Shown: positions 49,861 through 62,882 of the stretch, piece after piece
Layout of the letters: each line of letters begins with the position of its first letter
Numbering within the stretch: the first letter of the stretch is position 1
NCBI GenBank assembly: GCA_030390025.1
Contig: CM059432.1
Coordinates: 26,538,001 to 26,602,000, forward strand
Length of the DNA: 64,000 bases
Reading direction: 5' to 3'
From: Squalus acanthias
Lineage: Eukaryota
Translations under genes and position numbers: made by a program
The notes under the pieces: generated by a model
The model's database searches: none
Told to the model about the DNA's origin: nothing
The model's input: the letters and a program-made list of their open reading frames with translations, nothing else

Positions 49861-51072
49861 AAGAAAGAAAGAACTTGGATTTATAAAGCACCGTTCACAA
49901 CCTCAGGACGTCCCAAAGTGCTTTACAGTCCATGAAGTACTTTTGAAGTGTAGTCACTGTTGTAATGTAGGGGAAGTGGCAGCAGCCAATTTACACACAG
50001 CAAGCTCCTACAAGCGATGTGATAATGACCAGATACTGGCCCAGATATTCCGATCGCAGGCCTCCCACGGGCTGAGGCCTGCGATCTGGAAAAATCTGCA
50101 CCCTTACCTGAGGGCTCCCGGGACGCGCACAATTCCGCTGCTGGGCCTCTCCAAACTGCAGGTGCGCAGGGCCCACGTATCCCAGAGGCACAGGTAGTTC
50201 GCAGCGTCCCTGGGATCACGTGGGCCATGGGGAGCCAATCACAGAAGGGAATCTCCCTTCATACACTTGACAGGAAGACCTGTCAAATATATGAATGCAG
50301 ATCACCCCCAAAACATAGTAAAACTTTAAATATTTTTTTTTATATCACATTTTTAAAATGACTTGAAATTACAATAAATTAACAATTTTAAACAAAAATT
50401 TAAATTTTTGAGAAAATAATTAAAGATTTTTACAGGGCTAAAAATAAACTTACCTTTTTTAAAGTATTTTTAAATGATAAATCAGTGAAAAAAATTGTTT
50501 TTTTTTACTTTTTTCTACTCTTATCCTGGTAAAAGCAGGCCTTACCAGGCGCAAGAATTGTAAGGGTTTTCTACGGGCGGAGGGTCTCCAAAAAGCGGAA
50601 CTATCTGCCCGCAGAGGCCCTTCTCCAGCGCAGCCAGAGGATCTGTCAAGACCATTCTTGACAGATCGGAAATGCCGGTTTCCAGCGCATGCGCAGTGCA
50701 TGCCTGAAACCGGCATTTCCGATGTCCTTACGGGTGGATACACAGCGCATACACACCCATAGGGATCGGAATATCCGGCCCACTATGTTTTAGTGATGTT
50801 GGTTGAGGGATAAATATTGTCCAAAACCCTGGGGAGAACTCCCCTGCTCTTCTTCAAAATATTGCCATGGGATCTTTTACGTCCACGTGAGAGGGCAGAC
50901 GGGGCCTCAATCTGACGTCTCATCCGAAAGACGGCACCTTCCGACAGTGCAGCATTCCCTCAGTACTGCACTGGCGTGTCAGCGAGATTTTGTGCTCAAG
51001 TCTCTGGAGTGGAACTTGAACCCACAACATTCTGACTCGGAGGCAAGGGGGCTACCAACTGAGCCAAGGCTA
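49861..51072 (-). mobile_element. DeuSINE inside an LF-SINE-like element, split by a MITE
   Basis: Tail at 49861-50037, body and head at 50782-51072. Confidence 0.85.
50038..50781 (-). mobile_element. MITE family M copy 4
   Basis: 18-bp TIR ggcccagatattccgatc / gatcggaatatccggccc, TSD ACT. Confidence 0.88.
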
Positions 51073-52249
51073 GCACCTAACACATGAAGAATTGCCACTC
51101 GGGCGAGTCGCTGGAGCGCAGCTAGTAATTGTGGAACTGTACCTCAACGCGTCTCAGCACCTGCAGGGAAGAACACTGGAAACTAAACGTGCAGAAGATC
51201 GGTTACAGCTTTAAGAGGAGCAGCTATTTGTAGTGCCTGTGTAGTAGCCTGAGCAGCAGCTTCCCCTGTATTAAGTGAGCAACATTAATCATCTCAGTGT
51301 CACATCATAGCAACTACTTGATTAGCCAGGCAAAGAGCAACCATGTTCCATTTATTGATGGAATCTGATTTACCATCTGAATATTTGAAGGTGGGTATTT
51401 CCATGCCCTGCAGCCAAATATAACAAGGTTAACACTCCCCATTTTTTCTCAGAGCCACATTAGCCTCTGAGTGCAGCATTTCATCATTTACTTTATGATT
51501 TAAGCTTTTTTTATTGCTTGTTCTCCATTTACAAATCCCAGATAGCATTGTTTTACAAAAAAATCTATATTGCACGGGGATCCTAATACCAGAACAGGAA
51601 CAAATCATCATGTAAAAAGGTTACAGGCTGTCATCAATATGGAATAATAGACATCTGGGAGTAAGCTATGAGTTTGTAATTCCAATGATGGGTTCAGGTG
51701 ACATCATAAATGCCAAAAATGGTTTACAAATGACTATCTGAATCTCTGAGGTCGGATTATTGTAATTACCTTCAACCCGGTAGCTATTACATAGAAGCTA
51801 CAACACAGAAACAGGCCATTCGGCCCAACCAGTCCAGGTCATCATTTAACCTCCATGTGAGCAAAAAGCACTAATCACATTGACCCACCCTGTTCCCATA
51901 TCCCTTCATCCCCTTTTCCTTCATCCACCTCCAATCTAATCTTGAATGTTGACATAGTTTTTGCCACAGTCACAAACCCTGGAAATTAATTCCACAGCCT
52001 CACAACTCTCTGTGTAAAGCAGTTTCACTTGCTCTCTGTTCTAAATCTCTTATATTTAATCTTGGGCCTCTTAATCTAGACCCCTCAACTGCTGGATACA
52101 GTTTATTTTATGATATGAGCTGCATAGTACTTTTTAAATAAAATTGATAATTTCCCTATTCTTTCAGGTCAGCCACACCAAACATGGTGAAATGAGGGGC
52201 AAGACTTAGATAAAAGGGTAATAAAGTTGACTTGCTCATTACTATTCAA

Positions 52250-52534
52250 TGTCCTGTATATAAAATAATCTGAACTGCAGTTAAACTCCAGCCTGTAATT
52301 CACTTCCAGGTATCTGTTATTCTTTATTTAAACCATCTGAACACCTCAATTAGAATCCAGCCTGTAACTCACTTCCAGAAATCCATCATTCTATATTTAA
52401 GCCATCTAAAACGCTCAATTGTATTCCAGTCTGAAGTGTTAACTCTGTTTCTCTCTCCATAGATGCTGCCTAACCTGCTAAGTGTTTCCAGCATTTTCTG
52501 TTTTTATTTATTATATAAACCATCTGAACCTCTC
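52250..52534 (+). repeat. Degenerate ~67-bp tandem repeat, resuming at ~54370-54600 after a LINE insert
   Basis: Recurrent ctgaac...tcaattaga.tccagcctgtaactcacttccag...ttattct.tatataaaccat. Confidence 0.7.
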
Positions 52535-54367
52535 AACAAGGCTGAAGCATTTGCAACCATCTTCAGCCAGAGGTGCCAAGTGGATGATCCATATCGGCCT
52601 AATCCTGAGGTCCCCACCATCACAGAAGCCAGTCTTCAGCCAATTCGATTCGCTCCACGTGATATCAAGAAACGGCTGAGCGCACTGGTTACAGCAAAGG
52701 CTATGGGCCCTGACAACATCCCGGCTATCGTGCTGAAGACTTGTGCTCCAGAACTAGCCGCGCCTCTAGCCAAGCTGTTCCAGTTCAGCTACAACACTGG
52801 CATCTATCCGACAATGTGGAAAACTGCCCAGGTATGTCCTGTCCACAAAAGGCAGGTCAAGTTCAATCCGGCCAATTACCGCCCCATCAATCAGCAAAGT
52901 GATGGAAGGTGTCATCGACAGTGCTATCAAGCGGCACTTACTCACCAATAACCTGCTCACTGATGCCCAGTTTAGGTTCCGCCAAGACCACTCAGCTCCC
53001 GACCTCATTACAGCTTTGGTCCAAACATGGACAAAGGAGCTGAATTCCAGAGGTGAGGTGAGAGTGACTGCCCTTGACATCAAGGCAGCATTTGACCGAG
53101 TGTGGCATGAAGGAGCCCTAGTAAAACTGAAGTCAATGGGAATCAGGGGGGAAACTCTCCACTGGCTGGAGTCATACCTAGTACAAAGGAAGATGGTTGT
53201 AGTTATTGAAGTTCAATCATCACAGCCCAGGAGTTCCTCAGGGCAGTGCCCTGGGCCCAACCATCTTCAGCTGCTTCATCAATGACCTTCCCTCCAACAT
53301 AAGCTCAGCAATGGGGATGTTCGTTGATGACTGCACAGTGTTCAGCACCATTCATAACTCCTCAGATAATGAAGCAGTCCATGCCTGCATGCAACAAAGG
53401 TCATGATGTGGAGATGCCGGCGTTGGACTGGGGTGGACACCTGACGAAGGAGCGACAGCTCCGAAAGCTTGTAAAATTAAATAAATCTGTTGGACTATAA
53501 CCTGGTGTTGTGCGACTTCTCATTTTTGCATGCAACAAGACCTGGATGACGTTCAGGCTTGGGCTGATAAGTGGCAGGTAACATTTGCGCCACAGAAGTG
53601 CCAGGCAATGACTATCTCCAACAAGTGAGAGTCTAACCACCGCCCATTGACATTCAATGGCATTACCATCGCCGAATCCCCCACCATCAACATCCTGAGG
53701 GTCACCATTGACCAGAAACTTAACTGAACCAGCCACAAAAATACTGTGGCAACAAGAGCAGGTCAGAGGCTAGGTATTCTGCAGCGAATGTCTCACCTCC
53801 TGACTCCCCAAAGCCTTTCTACCATCTACAAGGCACAAGTAAGGAGTGTGATGGAATACTCTCCACTTACCTGGATGAGTGTAGCTCCAACAACACTCAA
53901 GAAGCTCGACAACATCCAGAACAAAGCAGCCCGCTTGATTGGCGCCCCATCCACCACCTTAAACATTCACTCCCTCTACCACCGGCGTACTGTGGCTGCA
54001 GGTTGTACCATCTACAAGATGCACTGCAGCAAATCGCCAAGGCTTCTTCAGCAGCATCTCCCAAACCTGCGACCTCTTCCACCTAGAAGAACAAGGGCAG
54101 CAGGCGCATGGGAACATCACCACCTCCAAGTTCCCCTCCAAGTCACACACCATCCTGACTTAGAAGTATATCGCCAATCCTTCACCGTCGCTGAGTCAAA
54201 ATCCTGGAACTCCCTCCCTAACAGCACTGTGGGAATACCTTCACCACACGGACTGCAGCGGTTCAAGAAGGCAGCTCACCACCACCTTCTCAAGGGCAAT
54301 TAGGGATGGGCAATAAATGCTGGCCTTGCCAGCGACGCCCACATCCCATAAACGAATTAAAAAAAAG
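52535..54367 (+). mobile_element. Second CR1-group LINE family, 5'-truncated, frameshifted, A-rich end
   Basis: KAMGPDNIP..LK.CA.EL, NYRPI, ALDIKAAFDRVWH, GVPQGSALGP, FVDD, ...AAHHHLLKGN. Confidence 0.92.
53398..53526. mobile_element. 129-bp Penelope-type insert (same family as 41811) with a canonical hammerhead core at 53438-53474
   Basis: 12-bp TSD tgcatgcaacaa at 53386-53397 and 53527-53538. CTGACGA-a-ggagc-gaca-gctcc-GAAA-gctt. Confidence 0.85.
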
Positions 54368-55054
54368 ATACCCATTGTATATATATAAATAACCTGAACT
54401 TCTCTGTTTGTTGCCCACCTCCATTCTCAGGTATCTATTATCCTATATATAAAACATTGAGCCTCTCAATCAGCTTCCAATCTGGAACTCACCCATTATG
54501 CTGCACATAAATGACCTGAATGCCTTGATTAGATTCTAGCCTGCAACTGGCTCCCAGGGATCCATAATTTTACATTGAAATCAATTGAACTCCTTTATTA
54601 CATTATAGGGTATAATATTTCCAAGATCTCTTGAGATAAAATATCAATTGGTAATCAGCTACAAGACTTCAACAACCTAAGTCAGTGATTCATAGAAGCT
54701 GCAAGTACATTGTACCATGGCTTTTGGGGAAAGTTAGACAAGGAATTGTATGTTATCCAGCTTGTGAACCCTGGGCATATAAGGTGATTTTTATTGTGTA
54801 CGTGGGGAGATAAAATATATGCTCAAGTAAGAACCAGGACTAATATTTTGACAACGGATGCAAGTTATCATTACCTGGTCAGAAGAGGATGAAAGGTCCT
54901 GGCCTGGGGTAAAGATCCTGGAGACCTGTGACAATATGTGCCTTTCTACAGACACTGAGGTATCCCAGTCACTTAATCACTTAAACAATACAGTGACCAA
55001 TTTTGAATTTCAGCAAGAAGATATCACAGATGGTTAAGAAAGCTCTATATCCAG

Positions 55055-55186
55055 GTCTGACGAAGGGTCATCGACCTGAAACGTTAACTCTGTTTCTCTC
55101 TCCACAGATGCTGCCTGACCTGCTGAGTATTTGCAGCATTTTCTGTTTTTATTTCAGATTTCCAGCATCCGCATTATTTTGCTTTA
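55055..55186 (+). mobile_element. 132-bp Penelope-type insert (family B) beginning at a hammerhead core
   Basis: 10-bp TSD ctatatccag at 55045-55054 and 55187-55196. CTGACGA-agggtc-atc-gacct-GAAA-cgtt at 55057-55085. Confidence 0.85.
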
Positions 55187-55412
55187 CTATATCCAGAGGT
55201 CTCCTTTCAACTAAAAGTCTCCTTTCAACTTTGGAGTCTCCTACATCACCACCTGGGTTTGACTGGGGGAAAGGAAGAAGTGTAGCAAATTCACTGAATT
55301 GAAGGAGGAGAAGTGTACCAGGTTGAAATGAGATGGGGAGAACAGTTCCAATATGTGCTGGGAGGGTTGGAGGAGAACAAAGTGTCTCTGTGAAAGGTTA
55401 GGGGGTTGGATG

Positions 55413-55550
55413 AACATAAAAACATAAGAAATAGGAGCAGGAGTAGGCCATATGGCCCCTCGAGCCTGCTCCACCATTCAATAAGATCATGGCTGATCTT
55501 TTACCTCAACTCCACTTTCTCGCCCTATCCCATATCCCTTGATTCCCTTA
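55413..55550 (-). mobile_element. CR1/HER1 3' UTR fragment
   Basis: aacataagaaataggagcaggagtaggcc...gatcatggctgatc. Confidence 0.85.
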
Positions 55551-55876
55551 CAGCGTATCTCCAAAGTGGGTCTTGGGGGATAGAATGCCATTGTGAACTG
55601 AGACGATGCAGGTCTGGATGTGGAAGAATTACTGCTGTGGTAACTTTAGTTAAGTGATAGTTGAGTCGGTGTTGAAAATGCAATGACTCTTTTTCTTCAA
55701 GTTTAAAAATCGATCCGTTGTGAAATATAAAAGTGATTACAATTAACCAGAATGCTTCATTTTTGTAAAATTCTATTTTTTCCAGGGGATCTTGCCACAG
55801 GTCCCTTTAGAAATGCAATAACAATTTTATAGCTTCAACGTTTGGATTTCCCTTTTCAGGCTTTCATGTACTTATA

Positions 55877-56279
55877 GGGCTGGATTTTCATTGACCCGTG
55901 GAGGCGGGTTTGGAGGCGTGTGGGGGGTTAAAATTGCAAAAACTGGCGGGCGGGCACAAGTCCGCCTCCCGCCTCCACGCAATTTTCATTAAATCGTGTC
56001 TGCTGGTCCCGACTCTATAATGCCATTTTGAAAGGCCTTTGTGATTTTTAACCCTTGATCTATGTGAAGCACGCCTGTTCTGAACCACGATTGTGAAACC
56101 TGGCGGGAGCACATTTCGATAGCTGACTATCAGCTACAGGTCCACTATTACAACGGAGATGTGATGAAGGTAGTGTAGTATTAGGTCTGAAAGTCGCCTC
56201 TGATGCTGCTGCATTGAAGGTCTTTGGAGACTGCCTGGCCTTTTCTGTGAGAGGACCTGGATGCAAACATTTCTTTCTT

Positions 56280-56339
<60 letters not shown>

Positions 56340-56647
56340 TATCTCTCTATCTCTCTCTCTCTCGCTCTCTCTCTCTCCCCTTAGAGCTGCTGCTCATTTT
56401 GCATCCAGGTCCTCTCACAGCAAAGGCCAGGCAGTCTCTGACCTGCAATGCAGCAGCAATGATGACATCATCAGAGGCAACTTTCAGACTGAAACCACTA
56501 ATTGGTTCATGGGTTCCCACATGCTGGAACTCAATTGCCCAATTAGGTGAAAATTGCATCAATCTCCCACATCCAATTGCAGTCGGGTGGATAACACGAA
56601 ATGCAGATGACACGACCCCAACCCACCCCAGTATCAAAATCCAGCCC
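55877..56647. mobile_element. Harbinger-type MITE with an internal inverted repeat around a (CT)n microsatellite
   Basis: TIR gggctggatttt / aaaatccagccc, TSD ATA. (CT)n at ~56272-56377. Confidence 0.85.
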
Positions 56648-57874
56648 ATAGTCTTTTTCCCCCTCAAAAACAGCAAAAGAGTGTGTGTATACTTGCAGCT
56701 TAAGATACAAAGTGTGTGTGTGTTCACATCAAGGCTGTTCTTGAATTGTCAGCTGTTTTTGAAGCTACATGCATGCTAAAAGTCACATTGTGTTTCTTTG
56801 AGCAATACCTTTGAACTGATCTGAACCATGTATCTTCTGAGTCTTTATTCATTATAGACTGAAATATATTGTTTTGATTTTTCAGGGAGTCATTATCAAT
56901 CCCATAAATATGAATCAAACTTCACAGGTTGGGATGAGACAAAAGCAATGGAATGGATCATCCCAAAAATATCAACGACAGAAATGCCCAAACATAGTCT
57001 TCCAAGAGTCAAAAAAAAAGTTCTGCTACTGGCTTCCCAAAGGATTCCAAGAGGAAATGCATGGAATGTAGACTTTCATGGAGAAAGATGCCAAGCAAGG
57101 AAAGACCATCTCTTCAGGACAACAGAACCTTTACAGACACCAGTCAATTAGAGGAATGATCTATCAAAGATTTAGACTCCAGTGAGAAGAATTATTTCTG
57201 GATTTAAGCTTTTGGGGAATGCAAAATGGTAAAAACAGTTAATGCGGAAGCAGAAAGCTTTTCCTTCTCTGGAAAGATTTTCCGGTAATAATTATCATCA
57301 AATCCTTCTTTGGAGACATTTCTAGATACATCTCGAATCTGTGTAATGTCAATTGAGTTCTTCACATGGCAGTCAGTGGGCTGAAGATTCCCCTATGGAT
57401 GTTTCAAAATCACAGGACAAAATGGAAAGGCATATCTGTACTGAAGAGAAATCACATATCAAGTAATGTGGTTCATTTGATCATACGACTGAACAACACT
57501 GAAAATTTTAAAGAAACTTTGTGTCCATCCACCAATTCCAATGGGGCCTCCTTGCTCCTTTCCTTTTGGCTGGTTGACCCAAGCCAGGAGAGAGAGGAAA
57601 GATAGCAACCATCCTGGCCTCCTGGAACCCACCCCTGCCTCATCTATCAGGTCCCATAAGATTACATCCCATGATTCCTCAAGTCTTCTCCCAATCTGAT
57701 AGCTTACATGATTACAGTTCCCTACTTATTTTTTGTCTGTAGTACCGTCTCCCGTTGTGTAAGGTCCTTTAACTATGTGTCAATTATTGAACTGAATATA
57801 TAACTTTATACTTGCAAATTATTGTATGAACAGGATTGAACCATGAGTGAGATTTTGGAATATTTATATATTCC

Positions 57875-58615
57875 AGAGCCTTGAACACAAATCTAGGCTG
57901 ACACTTCAGTGCAGTACTGAGGGGGTTCTACACTGTCAGACGTGCCATCTTTCAGATGAGACATTAAACCGAGGCCTTGTCTGTCCTCTCGGGTGGACGT
58001 AAAAGATCCCATGGGACTATTTCGTAGAAGGTGTTCTCTCTGGTGTCCTGGCCAATATTTATCCCTCAACCAACACCACTAAAACAGGGCAGGATATCTG
58101 GCAAGAGCAGTTGTCAAAACGTGGCTCTCTTAAAGCTGGGCTACACGTTGCTCAAGGAAAAGTTTTCTACATTGAAAGTGACCATGATTGTAAGGATGGT
58201 AAGGAGCAAGATGTAGCTTTGGAGGTTGTGCCACATGAGATCCTTCAAAGTAGTCTGGTCCTTTTTGGAACTCAGGTAAAATCAAATGTGCACAGCATCT
58301 GAGGTAGTGTCAGCTGTGGCTCAGTTGATAGCACTCTCGTCTCTGAGTCACAGAAGGTTGTGGGTTCAAGTCCTGCTCAGAGACTTAACCTTAGTGTCCT
58401 GGCCAATATTTAGCCCTCAAACAACATCACTTAGAAATCAGATTATCTGGTTATTATCACATTACTGTTTGTAGGAACTTGCTGTGTGCAAATTGACTGC
58501 TTGTTTCCTACATTAAAACAGTGACTACACTTCAAAAGTACTTCATTGGCTGTAAAGTGCTTTGGGATGTCCTAAGGTCATGACAGGTGCTATATAAATG
58601 TAAGTTTTTTTCTTT
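57875..58615 (+). mobile_element. Two partial DeuSINE copies (57875-58085 and 58308-58615)
   Basis: Match to the DeuSINE head, body and tail seen at 20525-20962. Confidence 0.8.
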
Positions 58616-60094
58616 TTCCTGGGTTGAGGTGGAGGAGTGTGCGAATGTTACCTCACCTGTGCATAAGCTGTGGCAGCTAATGTTTAGGTTCATGGTGGTT
58701 GCCAAGTTAAATGTATTCACTCTCATCTTGGAGCAGCATCACAAAGGCAAGATGCACAGCACTCAGGCAACCATTCAACTAGGTGGCACATATCCATATT
58801 GCTGTAGGACACACTTTGTGTTTGGTATGGAAATATGCCTCTAATGCCACGCATAAATCTTACAAGCTGGAGCTATCAAGCACACTGCCAACACAAGCTG
58901 CCTGCACGCTGCATGCTCATGGATTCACTTAAGATGGATGATGCTGGGCTGAGATTTTGGATGACACTGCCTCTCCAATTCTTAATTCCGGCACATGTCC
59001 CTTTCGTATCTTCTTACAAGAGATGCCCACAGATAATATGAGAGAGAAGATGCGGACTGGAAGGGGACCTTTTAATCTCTGTTAATTCACTCCCTATGAG
59101 GCCATCCAAATTCTGTGGTCAGAGGCAATAGAGGGGAGGTTGGAGGTCTCCCCTAAACTCTATCTTTCTATCCCCTTCTCTAGGGGGTGGAAGCAATCAT
59201 AACTCCACTTTCCCCCAGCTCCGTCCCTCTGGATCATTAAATAGGCTTGAGTGAATTATCCATGTTTACCTGGTGTATAATGTACACATATAGGACTCAT
59301 GCACAAAACCCACATTGCCAGGCATGAACAAAAGAGTAAGGTGTATATGAGGATTGATATGGAACCATGCACTGCCATTTTCAATTTAATTGTTAATTTT
59401 GCATGTACAGTAAAATTACAGGGGCTGACACTAATGGGTTGAAATCACACTGTGTGATAACAGTAACAAATGTGTTAACGCGTTCAATATTGCATACCAC
59501 TGCTTTAAGTGATACAGCCCTACAGGTGATTGATTGTCAGTTTTACACAGTGTGTACGGTACCCTTGTGTCAAGGTGAAACAGTATCAAGGATAAGAAGA
59601 AACCTGTTAACGTTGGGAAAATAAGAATGTTTGCCCTTCCCCTACATTGCAATTCTCTGTGAGACATTCCACTTAGTGGCCGAGAACAGACCCAACAAAA
59701 TCCATTATAATTGAGTTTGACAGGTACAAATGTCGCTCAACCCTGGGACTTGAACTCCAGATGGAGAAACAAGCATTTTATTTACTATCTAATCAGCTCA
59801 CCACGCTCAGCCAGCATGTTTACAACATCTCTTTAAAGCAGCACTGTTTTTGTACAATACCACATGACAAAACTCTCTTTTCACTCTTCCTCATCTTCTG
59901 AAGGCACTGACTCATGTTGGGATATGACTCTACAAAGCGTCAGACACCCTTTGATATCTCGCCCAAATGGCTATTCTTATGGAAATGCTTCCCCAATGCA
60001 ACCGGGAGATTAATTCAACTGTAGCAAAAACAGAAATTGCTGGAAACAGGTCAGTCAGCATCTGTGGAGAGAATGGATGAGTTAGCATTTCAAG

Positions 60095-61915
60095 TAGAAA
60101 CATAGAAACATAGAAAATAGGTACAGGAGTGGACCATTCGGTCCTTCGAGCCTGCACCGCCATTCAATGCGTTCATGGCTGAACATGCTACCTCAGTACC
60201 CCATTCCTGCTTTCTCGCCATACCCCTTGATCCCCCTAGTTGTGAGTATTCTATCTAACTCCCTTTTGAATATATTTAGCGAACTGGCCTCAACAACCTT
60301 CTGTGGAAGAGAATTCCATAGATTCACCACTCTCTGGGTGAAGAAGTTCCTCCTCAGCTCAGTCTTAAATGGCTTCCCCTTAATCCTTAGACTGTGACCC
60401 CTGGTTCTAGTTTTCCCTAACATTGGGAACATTCTGCCCGCATCTAATTTGTCTAAACCAGTCAGGATTTTAAATGTCTCTATAAGATCCCCCCTCATTC
60501 TTCTGAACTCCAGAGGATACAAGTTCAGTTGACCCAATCTTTCTTGATATGTCAGTCCGGCCATCCCAGGAATCAATCTAGTGAACCTTCGCTGCACTCC
60601 CTCAATAGCAAGAATGTCCTTCCTTAAGTTAGGAGACCAAAACTGCGCACAATACTCCAGGTGTGCCTCACCAAGGCCCTGTACAACTGCAGCATCACCT
60701 CCCTACTCCTGTACTCAAATCCCCTTACTATGAAGGCCATCATTCCGTTTGCTTTCTTGACTGCCTGCTGCACTTGCATTCCCACCTTCAGTGACTGATG
60801 TACCATGACGCCCAGGTCTCGTTGCACCTCCCCTTTCCCTAATCTGCCACCATTCAGGTAATAGTCCGCCTCTCTATTTTTACCACCAAAGTGGATAACC
60901 TCACATTTATCCACATTGTACTTCATCTGCCATACATTTGCCCATTCACCCAACCTGTCCAAGTCACTCTGTAGCCTCCTAGCATCCTTCTCATTGTTCA
61001 CACTGCCTCCCAATTTAGTGTCATCCGCAAATTTGGAGATATTACAATTAATCCCTTCGTCCAAATCATTAATATATAATGTAAACAGCTGGGGTCCCAG
61101 CACCGAACCCTGCGGTACCCCGCTGGTCACTGCCTGCCATTCTGAAAAGTACCCATTTACTCCTACTCTTTGTTTCCTGTGTGCCAACCAGTTCTCAATC
61201 CACGTCAACACATTACCCCCAATCCCATGTGCTTTAACTTTGCTCACCAATCTCTTGTGTGGGACCTTGTCGAAGGCCTTCTGAAAGTCCAAATACACCA
61301 CATCTACTGGTTCCTCCCTGTCCACCCTATTGGAAACATCCTCAAAAAATCCCAGAAGATTTGTCAAGCATGATTTCCCTTTCACAAATCCATGCTGACT
61401 TGGACCTATCATGTCACCACTTTCCAAATGGTCTGTTATGACATCTTTAATAATTGCTTCCATCATTTTACCCACCACCGATGTCAGGCTGACCGGTCTA
61501 TAATTCCCTGCTTTCTCCCTCCCTCCTTTTTTAAAAAGAGGGGTTACATTGGCCACCCTCCACTCCATCGGAACTGAGCCAGAGTCTAAGGAATGTTGGA
61601 AAATGATCGTCAATGCATCCACTATTTCCAAGGCCACCTCCTTAAGTACTCTGGGATGCAGACCATCAGGCCCCGGGGATTTGTCAGCCTTCAGTCCCAT
61701 CAATTTCCCCAATACCTTTTCCCGACTAATAAGGATTTCCCTCAGCTCCTCCCTCTTACCAGATCCTCTGACCCCTTTTATTTCCGGCAGGTTGTGTGTG
61801 TCCTCCACAGTAAACACCGAACCAAAGTACTTGTTCAATTGATCTGCCATTTCCTTGTGCCCCATTACGACTTCCCCTGTTTCCGACTGCAGGGGACCTA
61901 CGTTTGTTTTTACTA
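60095..61915 (-). mobile_element. Young 5'-truncated CR1/HER1, RT region with one frameshift
   Basis: ORFs 60624..61865 (413 aa) and 60193..60597, (TTCTATGT)n tail. Flanked by family B pLTR pieces at 60020-60093 and 61916-61962. Confidence 0.95.
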
Positions 61916-62882
61916 ACCTGTTTTTGTTTCAGACTTCCAGCATCTACAGTATTTTGCTTTTTATTAATTCAACTGTGCTACAAACACATGTAAATAACTT
62001 TCTAACTGTAATTTTCAGACATGAATTGGCACTTTGTGGAGCTGTGTAAATTGTGATTTTTAACGTACAATGCAATGCAACAACTTGGCTCAGATGCAAT
62101 AAGATTTACTGGAGCGTGTTAAGGCAGTGGTTCAACCAAAGAAAAAATGAAGTTTGTTGATTTTCATGGATATGATATAATCAAGAGATGGGTTTTATCA
62201 TATTTCACAACTTTTTCTAAAATAGTTTACCCACAGTGCTGCATCTTATTGAATTTCCAGAGATATTGCTGATGCAACTAGTCTGAATCTGATACATCAT
62301 GGGAGAGGATAGGATTGGATAGGCTATAAGCATTAAGGAAGGACCATCCCAAAAATGTCAACAGCAGAAGGTAGTAGGAAGTCCCTGACATATTATTCAT
62401 AAATTCAGGAGTAGAAGATCACGAAAGGTTTGGTTATCTTCCATTTGGCCAGGTTCCTGCAAAGATTTTATGACTCATGTGATCTTCCAATATCCTTGAG
62501 ATTCCAACAATAAAAATGAGCTCTTTCCCGTTCTAGATCTGTACGTGGCTCACTAGGGATCTTGTTAGCCGTCTGCATCTCTCGCAGATGTGTACTCAAG
62601 TAATGAGTCATCTCTCTTAATCTGAGGATCCTTGAGGCGTACTTTTATCCCTTTCCTTTGGGATCAAGACCCATACCACAAATGCTCCACTTGGTAGACA
62701 AGTGCTGGCAATTGATTGCATTGAAACTGGAGAATATCAAACAATGACCCTTATAATCCCATCATTCAGGGTGGATTGATGATAGGCTAGTGCCTGCTAG
62801 TCGAGATAGCACTATGGAATATTTTACATCCACCTGAGAGAGCAGACAAGGCCTCGGTTTAACATCTCATCCGAAAGACGAT

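Noticed and set aside
56261..56779. 172-aa ORF with LSLSLY repeats
   Set aside because: Translation of a (CT)n microsatellite and MITE sequence.
58655..58802. Possible minus-strand exon (cctacag...acag|gtgagg)
   Set aside because: Stops in all three frames.
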